Positions 28,059 to 39,071 are shown, numbered from the stretch's first letter. The stretch is 64,000 nucleotides of DNA from Archangium sp. (GCA_031412555.1 JANODF010000069.1:1608-65607), one strand, 5' to 3'. Notes: generated by a model not told the origin, from the sequence alone. A program made the numbers and translations.

Positions 28059-28600
28059 CGGTGCGCCCTCGCCTTCTCCAACATGCGCCGGAGCGGCGCT
28101 TCATCGGCCCTGGCGATCGCGTCTTCCCAGCTGAGCCACTGCGCTCCGTGCGACTCGTTGGGATCGTGCGCGAGCGCGTCGGGGTTCGTGGCGATCACGA
28201 GATAGCGCACGTCGAGGTGGCGGTGCTCGGGGTCGGACTTTCGTGCGGGGATCACGTGCACGTCGACGTCGAGCGGACGCGGGGCCGTCGGGTGAAGGGT
28301 GACGTCGCAGCCGGTTTCTTCGCGCGCTTCACGCAGCGCAGTGGCTTCCATCGAGCCTGCGTCGATGGTGTCGGCGTGACCACCGGGTTGCAGCCAGCGT
28401 TTCAGCTTCGCGTGCAGGACCAGGCAGACCTTCTTGCCATCGGGGGTGATCACCACGGCGCTTCCCGTGAAGTGGGCGGGGAATTGGGCTCTCGAGTAGG
28501 GGTCGGAAAGCGAGGCGGCTGACCCGAGCATTTCTGCCAGGTCAGCCGCTTCTTTGGCGTCGGTGGGTTGGTGGGATTGAAGGAGCGCGGCCAGAGACAT
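28055..28600 (-). CDS. NUDIX hydrolase
   Basis: The Nudix box region is GGHADTIDAGSMEATALREAREETGCD. There is a 4-nt overlap with the downstream gene. Confidence 0.8.
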   Translation of the reverse strand: MSLAALLQSHQPTDAKEAADLAEMLGSAASLSDPYSRAQFPAHFTGSAVVITPDGKKVCLVLHAKLKRWLQPGGHADTIDAGSMEATALREAREETGCDVTLHPTAPRPLDVDVHVIPARKSDPEHRHLDVRYLVIATNPDALAHDPNESHGAQWLSWEDAIARADEAPLRRMLEKARAHR

Positions 28601-28620
28601 GCGGTTTGATTAGCACGCGG

Positions 28621-28664
28621 CGCCCTCACCCTGACCCTCTCCCAGAGGGAGAGGGAATGAGGGG
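28621..28664 (+). repeat. REP-like element, copy 3
   Basis: cgccctcaccctgaccctctccc-agag-ggagagggaatgagggg, abutting the yceI stop codon. Confidence 0.8.
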
Positions 28665-29246
28665 TCACTTCTGGATGAGCTCGATCTCGAGGGTGATCTC
28701 GATCTCGTCACCCACGAGCACGCCACCCAGCTCGAGCGCCGCGTTCCAGTTGAGCCCGAACTCCTTGCGGCTCAGCTTGGTGGTCGCCCGCGTACCGCGG
28801 CGCATGCCACCCCACGGGTCCTTGCCGGCGGGCGTGAGCGGATCCACGTCGAGCGTGACCGTCTTCTTCACGCCGCGAATCTCGAGCTGACCGTGCACCT
28901 TGAGCCCGTCACCCTTCACCTGCTCGACCTTCTGCGAGGTGAAGGTGAGGTACGGCGCGTTGGCCGCGTCGAAGAAGTCGGCGCTCTTGAGGTGCGCGTC
29001 GCGGTCGGCGGTGTTGGTGTTGATCGACGCCGCTTCGATGCGCACGTCGACCTTCGACTTCGTGATGTCCTGGCCGTCGAGCTCCAGCGTTCCCTCGAAG
29101 CGGTCGAACTTGCCGCGAGTCCACGAGACCATCATGTGGCGCACGCGAAAACCCACCTCGGAGTGCGCGTTGTCGATCACCCACTTCGTGACGGGAGAGA
29201 CGACGGGCGTGGAGGAAACGACGGCAGACTGAGTGGCGGTGTCCAT
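28665..29246 (-). CDS. YceI-family polyisoprenoid-binding protein
   Basis: WVIDNAHSEVGFRVRHMMVSWTRGKFDRFEGTLELD... is typical of YceI. The ORF-track start at 29252 is TTG, so ATG at 29246 is preferred. Confidence 0.85.
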   Translation of the reverse strand: MDTATQSAVVSSTPVVSPVTKWVIDNAHSEVGFRVRHMMVSWTRGKFDRFEGTLELDGQDITKSKVDVRIEAASINTNTADRDAHLKSADFFDAANAPYLTFTSQKVEQVKGDGLKVHGQLEIRGVKKTVTLDVDPLTPAGKDPWGGMRRGTRATTKLSRKEFGLNWNAALELGGVLVGDEIEITLEIELIQK

Positions 29247-29332
29247 TGACAATGTCCTTTGGCAACGTGCCGGTGAAGTCCGGCGACCGCCTTTGAATAG
29301 GTCTTCGAACCCCGCACCGCCAGACGCCGGCG

Positions 29333-30274
29333 GTGGTCACACTGTCCACAATCGTGAACAATCGATTCGTGGCCACCATCGACCTCGACCTGCTCCCGCT
29401 CTACGGCCTCTTCGCGCTGGTGTTGCGCTCGCAGTCCTTCACCGCGGCGGCGAAGGAGACCGGGCTCACCCGCAGCGCGGTGAGCCAACGCATCGCCCGG
29501 CTCGAGTCGAAGCTGGGCGTCGAGCTCTTCCGTCGCACCACCCGGCGGGTGGCGCCCACCGAGCAGGGCCTCGCGCTCTACGAGGCGGCGAGCAAGCTGC
29601 TCGACGACAGCCGGGGCTTGCAGAGCCTGGGGCCTCCGCTGGAGACGCCGCTCCGGGTGAACGCGCCGTTGCCCCTGGCCACCGCGGCGCTCACGTCGTT
29701 GTTCCCGGAGTTCGTGCGCTCTTCGCCCGGGCCCATCGAGCTGACGGTGGAGAACCGGCCCATCGATCTGCTCGAGGCGAAGGACGACGTGGTGGTGCGC
29801 GTCGCCCGGCAGATGCCCGGTGCGGTGGTGGGCCGCAAGCTGGCCACTGATCAAATCGTGGTGGTCGCCTCGCCCGCGTATCTGGCGAAACGCGGCGCGC
29901 CTTCGACTCCGCACGACCTGCTCCGGCATCAGTGCCTGCGTTACCGGCCCACGCCCGCAGAAGTGGAGTGGCGCTTCACCCCGCCCCGCGGCGCGCCGGT
30001 CAGCATTCCGGTCAACGCGCCCTACTTCGTCGACGACGGCTCGGTCTTGCTGCAGCTCGCTCGCGAAGGTGAAGGCATCGCCACCATGCCCGGCTTCATC
30101 GCAAAGCCTGCGCTCGACTCAGGGGCGCTGGTGCGTGTGCTGCCCGGCTTCAAGCTCTCCAGCCTGGAGATCTGGGCGTTGCTGCCCGCGGGCCGGCGGG
30201 CGCCGCCTCGTGCCCGCGCGCTGGTCGAGTTGCTCGCTCGCAAGCTGGGCCCGCGCCTGCCCTGCGTGACGTGA
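29333..30274 (+). CDS. LysR-family transcriptional regulator
   Basis: The HTH is FTAAAKETGLTRSAVSQRIARLESKLGVELFRRTTRRVAPTEQG, followed by a LysR substrate-binding region. It is divergent from yceI. Confidence 0.85.
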   Translation: MVTLSTIVNNRFVATIDLDLLPLYGLFALVLRSQSFTAAAKETGLTRSAVSQRIARLESKLGVELFRRTTRRVAPTEQGLALYEAASKLLDDSRGLQSLGPPLETPLRVNAPLPLATAALTSLFPEFVRSSPGPIELTVENRPIDLLEAKDDVVVRVARQMPGAVVGRKLATDQIVVVASPAYLAKRGAPSTPHDLLRHQCLRYRPTPAEVEWRFTPPRGAPVSIPVNAPYFVDDGSVLLQLAREGEGIATMPGFIAKPALDSGALVRVLPGFKLSSLEIWALLPAGRRAPPRARALVELLARKLGPRLPCVT

Positions 30275-30302
30275 CCCCGGCAGTTTGAGTAAGGCGACGC
30301 TC

Positions 30303-30914
30303 ATGATCCGACTCGCCGCTCTCGCCGTCTGCGCGTTCAGCGCCGTCGCCCTCGCCGATCCTGAAGTGAAGATCGATTGCCCCGCGGGCATGCACTTCGT
30401 GAAGGACAAGGGGTGTGTCGCCAACGTCGCCGCGAAGGTCGCCTGCCCGGGCGGCACCCACTTCGAAGGTGGCAAGTGCGTGGCGATCATCGACACCTCG
30501 TGCCCGGCAGGCATGCACTTCGTCGCAGGGACGGGGTGCGTGGCGGGCGGTAAGGCGGCGCCGAAGAAGACGGCAGAGGCACCGCCGCCGCCTCCGGAGC
30601 GGCCGGAAGCGGAGCCCACCGAAAAGAAGAAGAAGGGCGGCACGTTCTCCAGCGGGTTTTCCGATCGACTGCAGGCAAGCTGCGGCGGGTTGGATGTCGA
30701 GGTGCACGGCGGGCCACGACTGACGGGCGTTCGCGCGATGTTGCTGGTCGATGAGCGCAAGGTGGGTGACGAGCAGGACGTCAACGTGGGTCAGACGAAG
30801 ACCATCACCGGCAAGGTCGGCAAGCAGGAGGTTGCGTTGCTGATTCAGCAGGGACTTTGGGGCACCCGGTACACCCTCAAGGTCGATGGCACGGAGTGCC
30901 GGTTGAGCAAGTAG
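30303..30914 (+). CDS. Secreted protein with three CPxGxHF...GxCV repeats
   Basis: ATG at 30303 gives [18 protein letters not shown]. The repeats are [27 protein letters not shown] and [14 protein letters not shown], followed by a Pro/Lys-rich linker and a C-terminal domain. Confidence 0.65.
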   Translation: MIRLAALAVCAFSAVALADPEVKIDCPAGMHFVKDKGCVANVAAKVACPGGTHFEGGKCVAIIDTSCPAGMHFVAGTGCVAGGKAAPKKTAEAPPPPPERPEAEPTEKKKKGGTFSSGFSDRLQASCGGLDVEVHGGPRLTGVRAMLLVDERKVGDEQDVNVGQTKTITGKVGKQEVALLIQQGLWGTRYTLKVDGTECRLSK

Positions 30915-30942
30915 CGCCCAGCGTTCCGCTGGACCGGCTTCG

Positions 30943-30970
30943 CTCTCCCCGCTTCCGCAAGGAGAGGGAG
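30943..30970 (+). repeat. REP-like element, degenerate/partial copy 4
   Basis: ctctcccc-gcttccgcaa-ggagagggag has the inner stem only. It lies between the secreted repeat protein gene and the sigma-54 activator gene. Confidence 0.5.
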
Positions 30971-30982
30971 TATAGGGGCGCA

Positions 30983-32404
<1,422 letters not shown>

Positions 32405-32526
32405 GAGGAAACGGACCACCGCGGCAAGACCCGCCGGGTGCATCACGACCCGCGGAGCGCGCAATCTTTCCGGGCTGATCCGAGCGGCACCACCATTGCT
32501 GTGGGGGACGGGGAGGAGTTCCCCCA

Positions 32527-33654
32527 ATGGCGATTTCGACTGGCCGCGTTCTCGTGGTGGATGATGACGATCTGTTTCTGCGGGTGTGCAGCAGCTTGCT
32601 GCGTCGGGCGGGGCTCACGGTGGAGACCTGCAACAACCCGACGCATGCCGTCGCGCTGATCGAGAAGCGCCGCTACGACACCATCGTGTCTGACTTCTGC
32701 ATGCCTGACCTGAGCGGCCTGGGCTTGCTGCGGGCCGCACGCAGCTGCGACGCCACCGTGCCCTTCGTGTTGATGACCGGCGCGCCCACCATCGAGTCGG
32801 CCATCTCGGCCATCGATCTGGGCGTGCACAAGTACCTGCCCAAACCCTTCGACATCGACGTCTTCGTGAACACCGTCTGCGAAGCGGTGAAGCGGCGCGT
32901 GGGCTCGGACGACATCGCGAGCCTGCATCGCCGGCTCGATCGCGCGCTCGAAGGTTTGTGGATGGCGTACCAACCCATCGTGGAGTTCTCGAAGCAGCGG
33001 CCGCTCGCCTACGAGGCGCTGCTGCGCACCACCACGCCCGAGGTGAAGGGACCGCCCGACGTGCTGGAGCTGGCCGAGAAGACCGGCCGCCTGTTCGATC
33101 TCGGCCGCGCGGTTCGCCGCTCGGTGGCGCACGAACTGCCCATGCTCGCCGATGACGTCGACGTGTTCGTGAACCTGCACCCCGCCGACCTGGAGGATCC
33201 CGAGCTGTATGAACGCAGCTCGCCGCTGGCCGCCTTTGCCCGACGGGTGGTGCTGGAGATCACCGAACGCGCGTCGGTCACCCACGACGAAGCGCTCAAT
33301 CGCCACATCGATGCGCTGCGCGCGCTGGGCTATCGCGTGGCGGTGGACGATCTCGGCGCGGGCTACGCGGGGCTCACCACGCTGGCGCGCATTCAGCCGG
33401 AGTTCGTGAAGCTCGACGGCTCGTTGGTGCGCGACATCGACACCTCGGGCGTCAACCAGTTGATCGTCGCCGCGGTGGTGGATCTTTCGAAACGCATGGG
33501 CCTGCGGGTGATCGCCGAAGCCATCGAGACGGCGCCCGAGCTGGCCACCCTGCGTGACCTCGGGGTCGATCTGATGCAGGGCTATTACTTCGCCAAACCC
33601 GGCAAGGCGTTCGTCAGCATCGACTACCACTCGGAGACCCAGGCCGCGGCGTAG
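32527..33654 (+). CDS. Response regulator with EAL domain (c-di-GMP phosphodiesterase type)
   Basis: The REC start is RVLVVDDDDLFL. EAL-family motifs present: YQPIV, YEALLR, EITE, DDLGAGYAG, KLDGSLV, AEAIET, QGYYFAKP. Confidence 0.85.
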   Translation: MAISTGRVLVVDDDDLFLRVCSSLLRRAGLTVETCNNPTHAVALIEKRRYDTIVSDFCMPDLSGLGLLRAARSCDATVPFVLMTGAPTIESAISAIDLGVHKYLPKPFDIDVFVNTVCEAVKRRVGSDDIASLHRRLDRALEGLWMAYQPIVEFSKQRPLAYEALLRTTTPEVKGPPDVLELAEKTGRLFDLGRAVRRSVAHELPMLADDVDVFVNLHPADLEDPELYERSSPLAAFARRVVLEITERASVTHDEALNRHIDALRALGYRVAVDDLGAGYAGLTTLARIQPEFVKLDGSLVRDIDTSGVNQLIVAAVVDLSKRMGLRVIAEAIETAPELATLRDLGVDLMQGYYFAKPGKAFVSIDYHSETQAAA

Positions 33655-33665
33655 GTGATTGCGGG

Positions 33666-33703
33666 CCCCTCACCCCCACCCTCTCCCCGGTGGGGAGAGG
33701 GAG
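33666..33703 (+). repeat. REP-like element, copy 5
   Basis: cccctcacccccaccctctcccc-ggt-ggggagagggag, between the convergent EAL gene and truB. Confidence 0.8.
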
Positions 33704-33705
33704 TT

Positions 33706-34578
33706 TCAGATTCCACCAGGGAGCAGCAGCGGCAGCCCGTTCCTGATCAACGCGACCAGCCGCCCCTGGTGCATGGCGCGCACGCCTGCGGTCGGGGTGG
33801 GAAACCCTTCGGGCAAGGCCCACGTGCCCGGCGCGCTGCTCACCTGCGGGTTCACCTCCCGTTTGAGCTCGCCCCACTGCGCGTCGTTCAGCTCCATCGA
33901 GGGCAACCACGGCAAGACGTCGCGCCCGGTGTGTTGCACCGGCAGGTGCACGTCTTCGTAGCTGCCGATCGCGGTTCGGTTGAGCGTCGACAAGTGGGCC
34001 CCCACGCCGAGCGCGCGCCCGAGCTCGGTGGCCAGGCTGCGCACGTAGAAACCACCGCGCACCACCACCTCGAGCGTGCTGCTGATGGGCAACTCGTGCG
34101 AGCGCCACTTCGCCGAGTGCAGGTAGACCTGCTGCGGCGGCAAGACCACCTCTTCTCCGCGGTGGGCCTTCACGTACGCGCGCTCGCCATCGACCCGTTT
34201 GTTGCTCGTGGCAGGCGGCGTCTGCGCGGTCCACCCGTGAAAGCGGATCAGCGCCGCGTCGAGCTGATCAGGCGTGAGCCCGTTCGCATCACCGCGCCGC
34301 ACTTCACGCCCGCCGGCGTCGCCCGTGTCCGTCTCCAGGCCCCAACACACCTTCGCCACGTACGTCTTGGGCACCTCGTGCAGTGCCTCGAACAGACGAT
34401 TGGCGGCGCCCACCAGCAGCAGCACCAGGCCCTCGGCGAACGGGTCGAGCACTCCCCCGTGGGACACCTTCAAGGTAAAGTTCCCTCCGTGCGTCCGGCG
34501 GAAATCATCGACCAGCGAAGCGCTGCTGACGCCGGGCGGCTTGTGCACCCGCCAGAGCGCCGAGGGGGGTCGTTTCAC
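33706..34578 (-). CDS. truB: tRNA pseudouridine(55) synthase TruB (start uncertain; ORF-track start is 34686)
   Basis: Diagnostic segments are WRVHKPPGVSSASLVDDF and HGGVLDPFAEGLVLLLVG. GTG at 34578 gives the usual short N-terminus. The longer form would cover the divergent promoter region. Confidence 0.8.
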   Translation of the reverse strand: MKRPPSALWRVHKPPGVSSASLVDDFRRTHGGNFTLKVSHGGVLDPFAEGLVLLLVGAANRLFEALHEVPKTYVAKVCWGLETDTGDAGGREVRRGDANGLTPDQLDAALIRFHGWTAQTPPATSNKRVDGERAYVKAHRGEEVVLPPQQVYLHSAKWRSHELPISSTLEVVVRGGFYVRSLATELGRALGVGAHLSTLNRTAIGSYEDVHLPVQHTGRDVLPWLPSMELNDAQWGELKREVNPQVSSAPGTWALPEGFPTPTAGVRAMHQGRLVALIRNGLPLLLPGGI

Positions 34579-34680
34579 ACGCGCCTCGGAAAACTGTCGA
34601 TCACCGGTTTTTTCATTGGGAAGCGACTGTCGCACATCGTGCCAAAGGGTTGGTTTTCGGTGCGATTGGACCTTGCCTCT

Positions 34681-34696
34681 TGGCACCGCCGTTGCT
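34681..34696 (+). promoter_or_regulatory. Candidate sigma-54 (-24/-12) promoter
   Basis: TGGCACcgccgTTGCT matches the TGGCAC-N5-TTGCW consensus exactly in sequence and spacing. It lies 17 nt upstream of the ATG at 34713, and a sigma-54 activator gene sits 2.3 kb upstream. Caveat: it implies a 5' UTR of only about 5-7 nt. Confidence 0.4.
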
Positions 34697-34712
34697 CAAG
34701 AGAGTCCCCATC

Positions 34713-35795
34713 ATGAAGCTGAGCGCCGTCCTCCTCACCGCCTGCCTCTTCGCCTTCCCGGTCTGGGCGGCGGGGTCACTCGACGCCCTTCGTTCGGGCA
34801 GCCGGGGCGCGCGGGACCAGGTGACGGCGCTGCGGGCCGAACAGCTCAAGCAGCGCAACGAGCTGTCCACGCTCTCTTCGAAGATCGAATCGTTGAAGGC
34901 GGCCTCCAGGGGCAAGCTGCTCCCCGGTGGTGAACTCGACGCGGCGCTCAAGCGCAGCCAGGAACTGTCGGGCGCCCTCAGTGCGCTGGCCACCCAGGTC
35001 AACGGCCGGGAAGCCGAGCTGGAGATCGCCAACATGGCGCTGCTCGACGGGCTCTCGTCTGAGCTGACGCGGTTGCGCTCCGAGTTCGATCGCCAGGGTG
35101 ACCGCACGGTGCGGAAGGGCCTCATCGCCCAGCTGCGCAAGCTGCGCGGCGAGCGTGATGCGCTCCGCCAGACGCTGCCGGCCTCGAAGATCCCCACCCT
35201 CGACGCGGTGCGCCCCAGCGACGACCCGGAAGAGCTGCTGGAGCAGGCCGACCTGCTGCGCGACAACGAAGAGAAGCTGCGCCGCGAGCTCAAGTCGCTC
35301 GAGGCCCGCATCGCCGAGCGCCGTGACGAGGTCGAGCTCGATCGCCGGGTGCAGCGCTTCATGGGTGAAGAGTCGATGTTCGACGATGGTGATCGCCGCC
35401 TGCGCGTGCAGCGCACGGTCACCACCCCGTCCACCGCGCCCACCGCCGGCGGAGTTCAGCAGGAGAACGCGGCACCGCCGCAGGAGACCACCGCCGACAC
35501 CACCGCCGGCTCTTCTTTCAGCAACGCGAGTCCTCAGACGGCGGGGGTCGGTTCTCCCGGCGCGCCCAGCCGCAGCAACGATGGCACCTCCTTCGGCACC
35601 GGCCTCGATTCGTCGAGCATCCGGGTGACCACCGCGTCTGATGCGCGGGTGCAGGTCGGTGGAGCGCGGGCGATTTCGGGTGGTGATGACGACCTGGATG
35701 ATCTCGAGGTCGAGCGACTTCGCCTGCAGGGGCTCGCCGGCCAGCTCAAGAAGAAGGCTGACGAGCTGCAGCAGCGCGCTTCCCAGCTGAAGTGA
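34713..35795 (+). CDS. Secreted coiled-coil protein
   Basis: ATG at 34713 gives MKLSAVLLTACLFAFPVWAAGS (signal peptide). Long heptad-like Glu/Leu/Arg-rich helices follow, and the C-terminus is low-complexity. Confidence 0.7.
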   Translation: MKLSAVLLTACLFAFPVWAAGSLDALRSGSRGARDQVTALRAEQLKQRNELSTLSSKIESLKAASRGKLLPGGELDAALKRSQELSGALSALATQVNGREAELEIANMALLDGLSSELTRLRSEFDRQGDRTVRKGLIAQLRKLRGERDALRQTLPASKIPTLDAVRPSDDPEELLEQADLLRDNEEKLRRELKSLEARIAERRDEVELDRRVQRFMGEESMFDDGDRRLRVQRTVTTPSTAPTAGGVQQENAAPPQETTADTTAGSSFSNASPQTAGVGSPGAPSRSNDGTSFGTGLDSSSIRVTTASDARVQVGGARAISGGDDDLDDLEVERLRLQGLAGQLKKKADELQQRASQLK

Positions 35796-35856
35796 TCGAC
35801 CGTTCGCGTCGAGCGGCAGTCGAGATGCCACCTCGGCTTCGTACGAACGATGAGGG

Positions 35857-36957
35857 ATGAACGGTGTGGCCTCCTCATCGGGGTTGGCTAAGTTCCGCCC
35901 CCTCGTGGTGCGATGCGCGTTCACCTGGTTGCTGCTGCTGACGACGACCACCGCGTCGGCGGCCGACTTCCAGGGGCGCGCGCGGTTGTGGGTGGGGCCT
36001 GCGATCGACACGAACGCACGGCGTGACTTCGTCTCCACCGAACGCGCCACCGAGCCCGATCTCTTCTTCTTCGGCCTGGGCCAGCTCGAAGGCATTCTGC
36101 GCATCGGCGAGCACGTGCGGATCGTCGGCAGCTACGACGTGAGCGGCCGCAAGTTCGTGCTGCTCCCCACCGAAGACACGGTGGTGCAGGCGGCGCAGCT
36201 GGAGTCCACCGTCTCCTTCCTGAAGTACTTCGCCTTCGGCCTCTCGGGGCGCGCGCGCGATCGGCGTGGTGCTGAGCGCGACTACACGGATCTCGTCGGC
36301 GGAGCGGTGCTCGACTTCTTCCCCGATGCCGCGGTCGACCTGCGGGCGCAGATCAACGCGCACCGTTTTCTCTTCTACAACCGCTTCGAGTACAGCTTCT
36401 GGGGTCCCGACGGCACCGTGTCCGCGCGGTACCGGATCAACCGGCGCCACTCGGTCTCGTTGTTCGGCTCGTACAACGCGCGCACCTACAACGGCACCGC
36501 GCGAGATCGCCCGTTGCCCGAAGGCAGCGAGCCAGAACCACCCCGGGTGCGGGCGGACAACGTGTTCGGCGGGGGCGCGAGCTACTCCTTCCGCGGGCCG
36601 TTTCACTTCACCTTCAGCTACTCGTACTTCGATCAGGCTTCGAACTCGTTCGGCGAGAGCGTGCAGCGTCACAGACTCAACGCGACCGGCGGCTTCCGCC
36701 TGCCGTGGGAGCTGACCTTGCTCACCAGCATCACCTGGCAACCGGCGGTGTTCCCCGAAGGGGTGTACCTCTCACCGGATCTCACCGTGCTGGAGGAGGA
36801 CGAGAACGTGTCGTCGATCACGGTGAAGTTGGTGAAGCCGCTGAGCAAACACTTCGATCTCGACGTTCGGTATGCGGGCTTCCTGGGGTTCTTGCCGCAG
36901 AACGAGTTCCTCTACCTGCGGCACGTGATCAGCGTCGGGGTCGCGGTGAACTTCTAG
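35857..36957 (+). CDS. Putative outer-membrane beta-barrel protein
   Basis: The signal-like segment is CAFTWLLLLTTTTASAADF. Alternating aromatic/hydrophilic strands run throughout, and the protein ends in ...SVGVAVNF (terminal Phe). Confidence 0.6.
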   Translation: MNGVASSSGLAKFRPLVVRCAFTWLLLLTTTTASAADFQGRARLWVGPAIDTNARRDFVSTERATEPDLFFFGLGQLEGILRIGEHVRIVGSYDVSGRKFVLLPTEDTVVQAAQLESTVSFLKYFAFGLSGRARDRRGAERDYTDLVGGAVLDFFPDAAVDLRAQINAHRFLFYNRFEYSFWGPDGTVSARYRINRRHSVSLFGSYNARTYNGTARDRPLPEGSEPEPPRVRADNVFGGGASYSFRGPFHFTFSYSYFDQASNSFGESVQRHRLNATGGFRLPWELTLLTSITWQPAVFPEGVYLSPDLTVLEEDENVSSITVKLVKPLSKHFDLDVRYAGFLGFLPQNEFLYLRHVISVGVAVNF

Positions 36958-37545
36958 TCAGCGCGACGAAGCGTCGTCCGCCACGCGCACCTTGCGGCCG
37001 GTGAACGGGTGAATGATCCACTTCGAGCGGCGCAGATCGGTGGTGACCGTTCGCCCCACCAACGAGTCGAACCGTTCATGAATCTTCGCGTCGAGTGACA
37101 CGAACGCCTTCTGCTGCTCGAGCCTGGCCAGCTCGAGCCCATTGACGCGCGTGAAGGTGCCGCGCCCGCCGCGCACCAGCAGCCGCTCACCGAAGCGGAT
37201 GCCCTGGTAGCCCGAGTAACAAAGTTCACCCAGCCCACCGAACGCAGCCGATGAAGCGAAGAGCAACGCGAGCGCCTGACTGGTGCTGCGAAACGTGTCT
37301 TCCGACGCGTAACACTCGACGGTGAGCTGGCCCTCGAGCAGCGAGACCTGAAAGAGCTCGTGCGGTGCACACGCCACCTCGCCGAGGAAACTGAGCAGCC
37401 CTTCGGGCGTGTCGTGGGTGACGTCGGCGCCGCCGACCTCGTCGAGCCACGGGTACTCAGACAGATCCACCGGACTGGCGAGCCAGTCCTCCAGGTTGCG
37501 TTCCGGAATCGACAACGAACCGAACATCACGACGTCAAAGGCCAT
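36958..37545 (-). CDS. Hypothetical protein
   Basis: 195-aa ORF with good codon bias (MAFDVVMFGSLSIPERNLEDWL...). No family recognised. Confidence 0.55.
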   Translation of the reverse strand: MAFDVVMFGSLSIPERNLEDWLASPVDLSEYPWLDEVGGADVTHDTPEGLLSFLGEVACAPHELFQVSLLEGQLTVECYASEDTFRSTSQALALLFASSAAFGGLGELCYSGYQGIRFGERLLVRGGRGTFTRVNGLELARLEQQKAFVSLDAKIHERFDSLVGRTVTTDLRRSKWIIHPFTGRKVRVADDASSR

Positions 37546-37622
37546 GGCGATCCTCCGCGCTGCAACAGGCAGTCACAGGAGTGTCGCGCGGCCCTTCCCG
37601 AGGGCAATTTTTCGGCGGGGAA

Positions 37623-39071
37623 TTACAGCGGGTACGGCAGGGTGAATGACAAGACGGTCACGAGCACGAGGACCAGCGGCGTGAGCACCAGGAAAACCAG
37701 GAAGGTGTAGCCCATCACGTCGCGCGCCTTGAGCCCGAACAAGCCCAAGACCGGCAGCATCCAGAACGGCTGCACCAGATTCGCGAGCGCCTCACCGAGA
37801 TCGTAGACGGCCACCATCCACCCGAGGTGCACCTTCAAGTCGTGCGCGGCGGCCATCACGTACGGCGCTTCGATCACCCACTTGCTGCCGCCGCTGGGCA
37901 CGAACACGCCGAGCACCGCGGAGTAGATCGCCACCAGCGCGGGGTAGGTCTCCCTGGTGGAGAGCGAGACGAAGAAGCCCGCGATGGTCTCGTTCAGGTG
38001 TGTCTTCACGATCAACGCCGCGAGCCCTGCGTAGAGGGGAAACTGGAGGATCACGCCCCACACGCCCGGGGTGGCGTCTTTCACGGCGCGCATCAAACGA
38101 GCCGGAGTTCCGTGCAGCGCCACGCCCAGCGTGAGGAAACCCAGGTTGAGCGTGTTCAGGTTGAGCGCGTTGAGTGGGTCGGCCGAGGTGACGAAGGTCG
38201 AGACCAGATACGCCCCCGCGAGCAGCACGAAGAACACCGAGAGGTGCGGCCGGTACTCCAGCCACTCACCGGGCGTACCGCGGCCCCGCGGCTCTTCTGC
38301 GTCGAGCGGGGAGAGGCCGAGGTCGATGCCGAACATCTGCGCCGTCTTCGCGCGCGAGGCGGTGGGCGCGGCGAAGTACATCAACGCAGTCACCACGATG
38401 ATCTCGATCACCACGCAGAGCAGCGACTGCCAGAGGAAGATGGTGCTGGTGAGTGGGATGACGCCGCCCGGCACCTGATTGGAGGCGCCCGCGACGATGC
38501 TGCGAATGGCCGGCTGCAACGCCGCGGGAGTGGCCATCTGCAACGCCGCGCTGCCCGAGAGCCCCTGCGCCCAGATGCTGCCCAGCCCCAGGAACGCACT
38601 CGCGCAGACCGCCCGGTAATCCACCGAAGGAACCCGCCGCGCCACCTCGCGCGCCAGCATCGCGCTGAAGATGAGGGAGAAACCCCAGTTGAACCAGCTC
38701 GACACCATCGCCAACAACGCGACCCAGGCGACGGCGGCGCGCGGCGTGGTGGCCACGGAGGCGAGCGCGACGATCAACCGGTACACCGGCCGCGTGGTGG
38801 CGACGACCGAGCCGGTGATGATCACCAGCGCCATCTGCAGCGTGAAGGGGATCAGCTCCCAGAAACCCTGCCCCCAGATGGTGACGACCTCGTTCGCTGC
38901 GGTGGCCGCGCTCTTCTCGCCGAGCAACTTGCCGAACGAGGCGAGCACCACGATCACCGTGGCGAGCAGCGCGAAGACGAACGCGTCGGGAATCCACCGC
39001 TCGGCCCAACCGGTGAAACGCGCGGCCACGCGTGCGAGCGCACCCTCGGGCTGTTCAGCAGGTTCAGTCAT
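37623..39071 (-). CDS. atoE: Short-chain fatty acid transporter (AtoE family)
   Basis: Collinear with E. coli AtoE as I recall it: RFTGWAERWIPDAFVFALL, IWGQGFWELIPFTLQMALVIITG, NWGFSLIFSAMLAREVARRVPSVDY, VPSGGSKWVIEAPYV. It is a polytopic membrane protein. Confidence 0.8.
   Translation of the reverse strand: MTEPAEQPEGALARVAARFTGWAERWIPDAFVFALLATVIVVLASFGKLLGEKSAATAANEVVTIWGQGFWELIPFTLQMALVIITGSVVATTRPVYRLIVALASVATTPRAAVAWVALLAMVSSWFNWGFSLIFSAMLAREVARRVPSVDYRAVCASAFLGLGSIWAQGLSGSAALQMATPAALQPAIRSIVAGASNQVPGGVIPLTSTIFLWQSLLCVVIEIIVVTALMYFAAPTASRAKTAQMFGIDLGLSPLDAEEPRGRGTPGEWLEYRPHLSVFFVLLAGAYLVSTFVTSADPLNALNLNTLNLGFLTLGVALHGTPARLMRAVKDATPGVWGVILQFPLYAGLAALIVKTHLNETIAGFFVSLSTRETYPALVAIYSAVLGVFVPSGGSKWVIEAPYVMAAAHDLKVHLGWMVAVYDLGEALANLVQPFWMLPVLGLFGLKARDVMGYTFLVFLVLTPLVLVLVTVLSFTLPYPL

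Noticed and set aside
28606-28890. 94-aa ORF starting MISTRRPHPDPLPEGEG; likewise 33659..33961 and 43831..44418.
   Set aside because: Their N-termini are translations of the REP-like palindromes, and the rest is antisense to real genes (yceI, truB, vWA).
29301-29320. tRNA T-arm-like string (reverse complement GGGGTTCGAAGAC) in the yceI-lysR intergenic region.
   Set aside because: The flanks cannot form the T stem (no complement to the 5' side), and no acceptor or anticodon arms are present. It is not a tRNA.
32443-33630. 395-aa minus-strand ORF.
   Set aside because: It is antisense to the REC-EAL gene. The same reasoning applies to 34776..36104, 14446..15717, 37827..39092, 12150..13385, 6543..7496, 22640..24361, 42232..43380, 49500..50918, 50348..51346, 55062..56096, 62786..63796 and the other long shadow ORFs.
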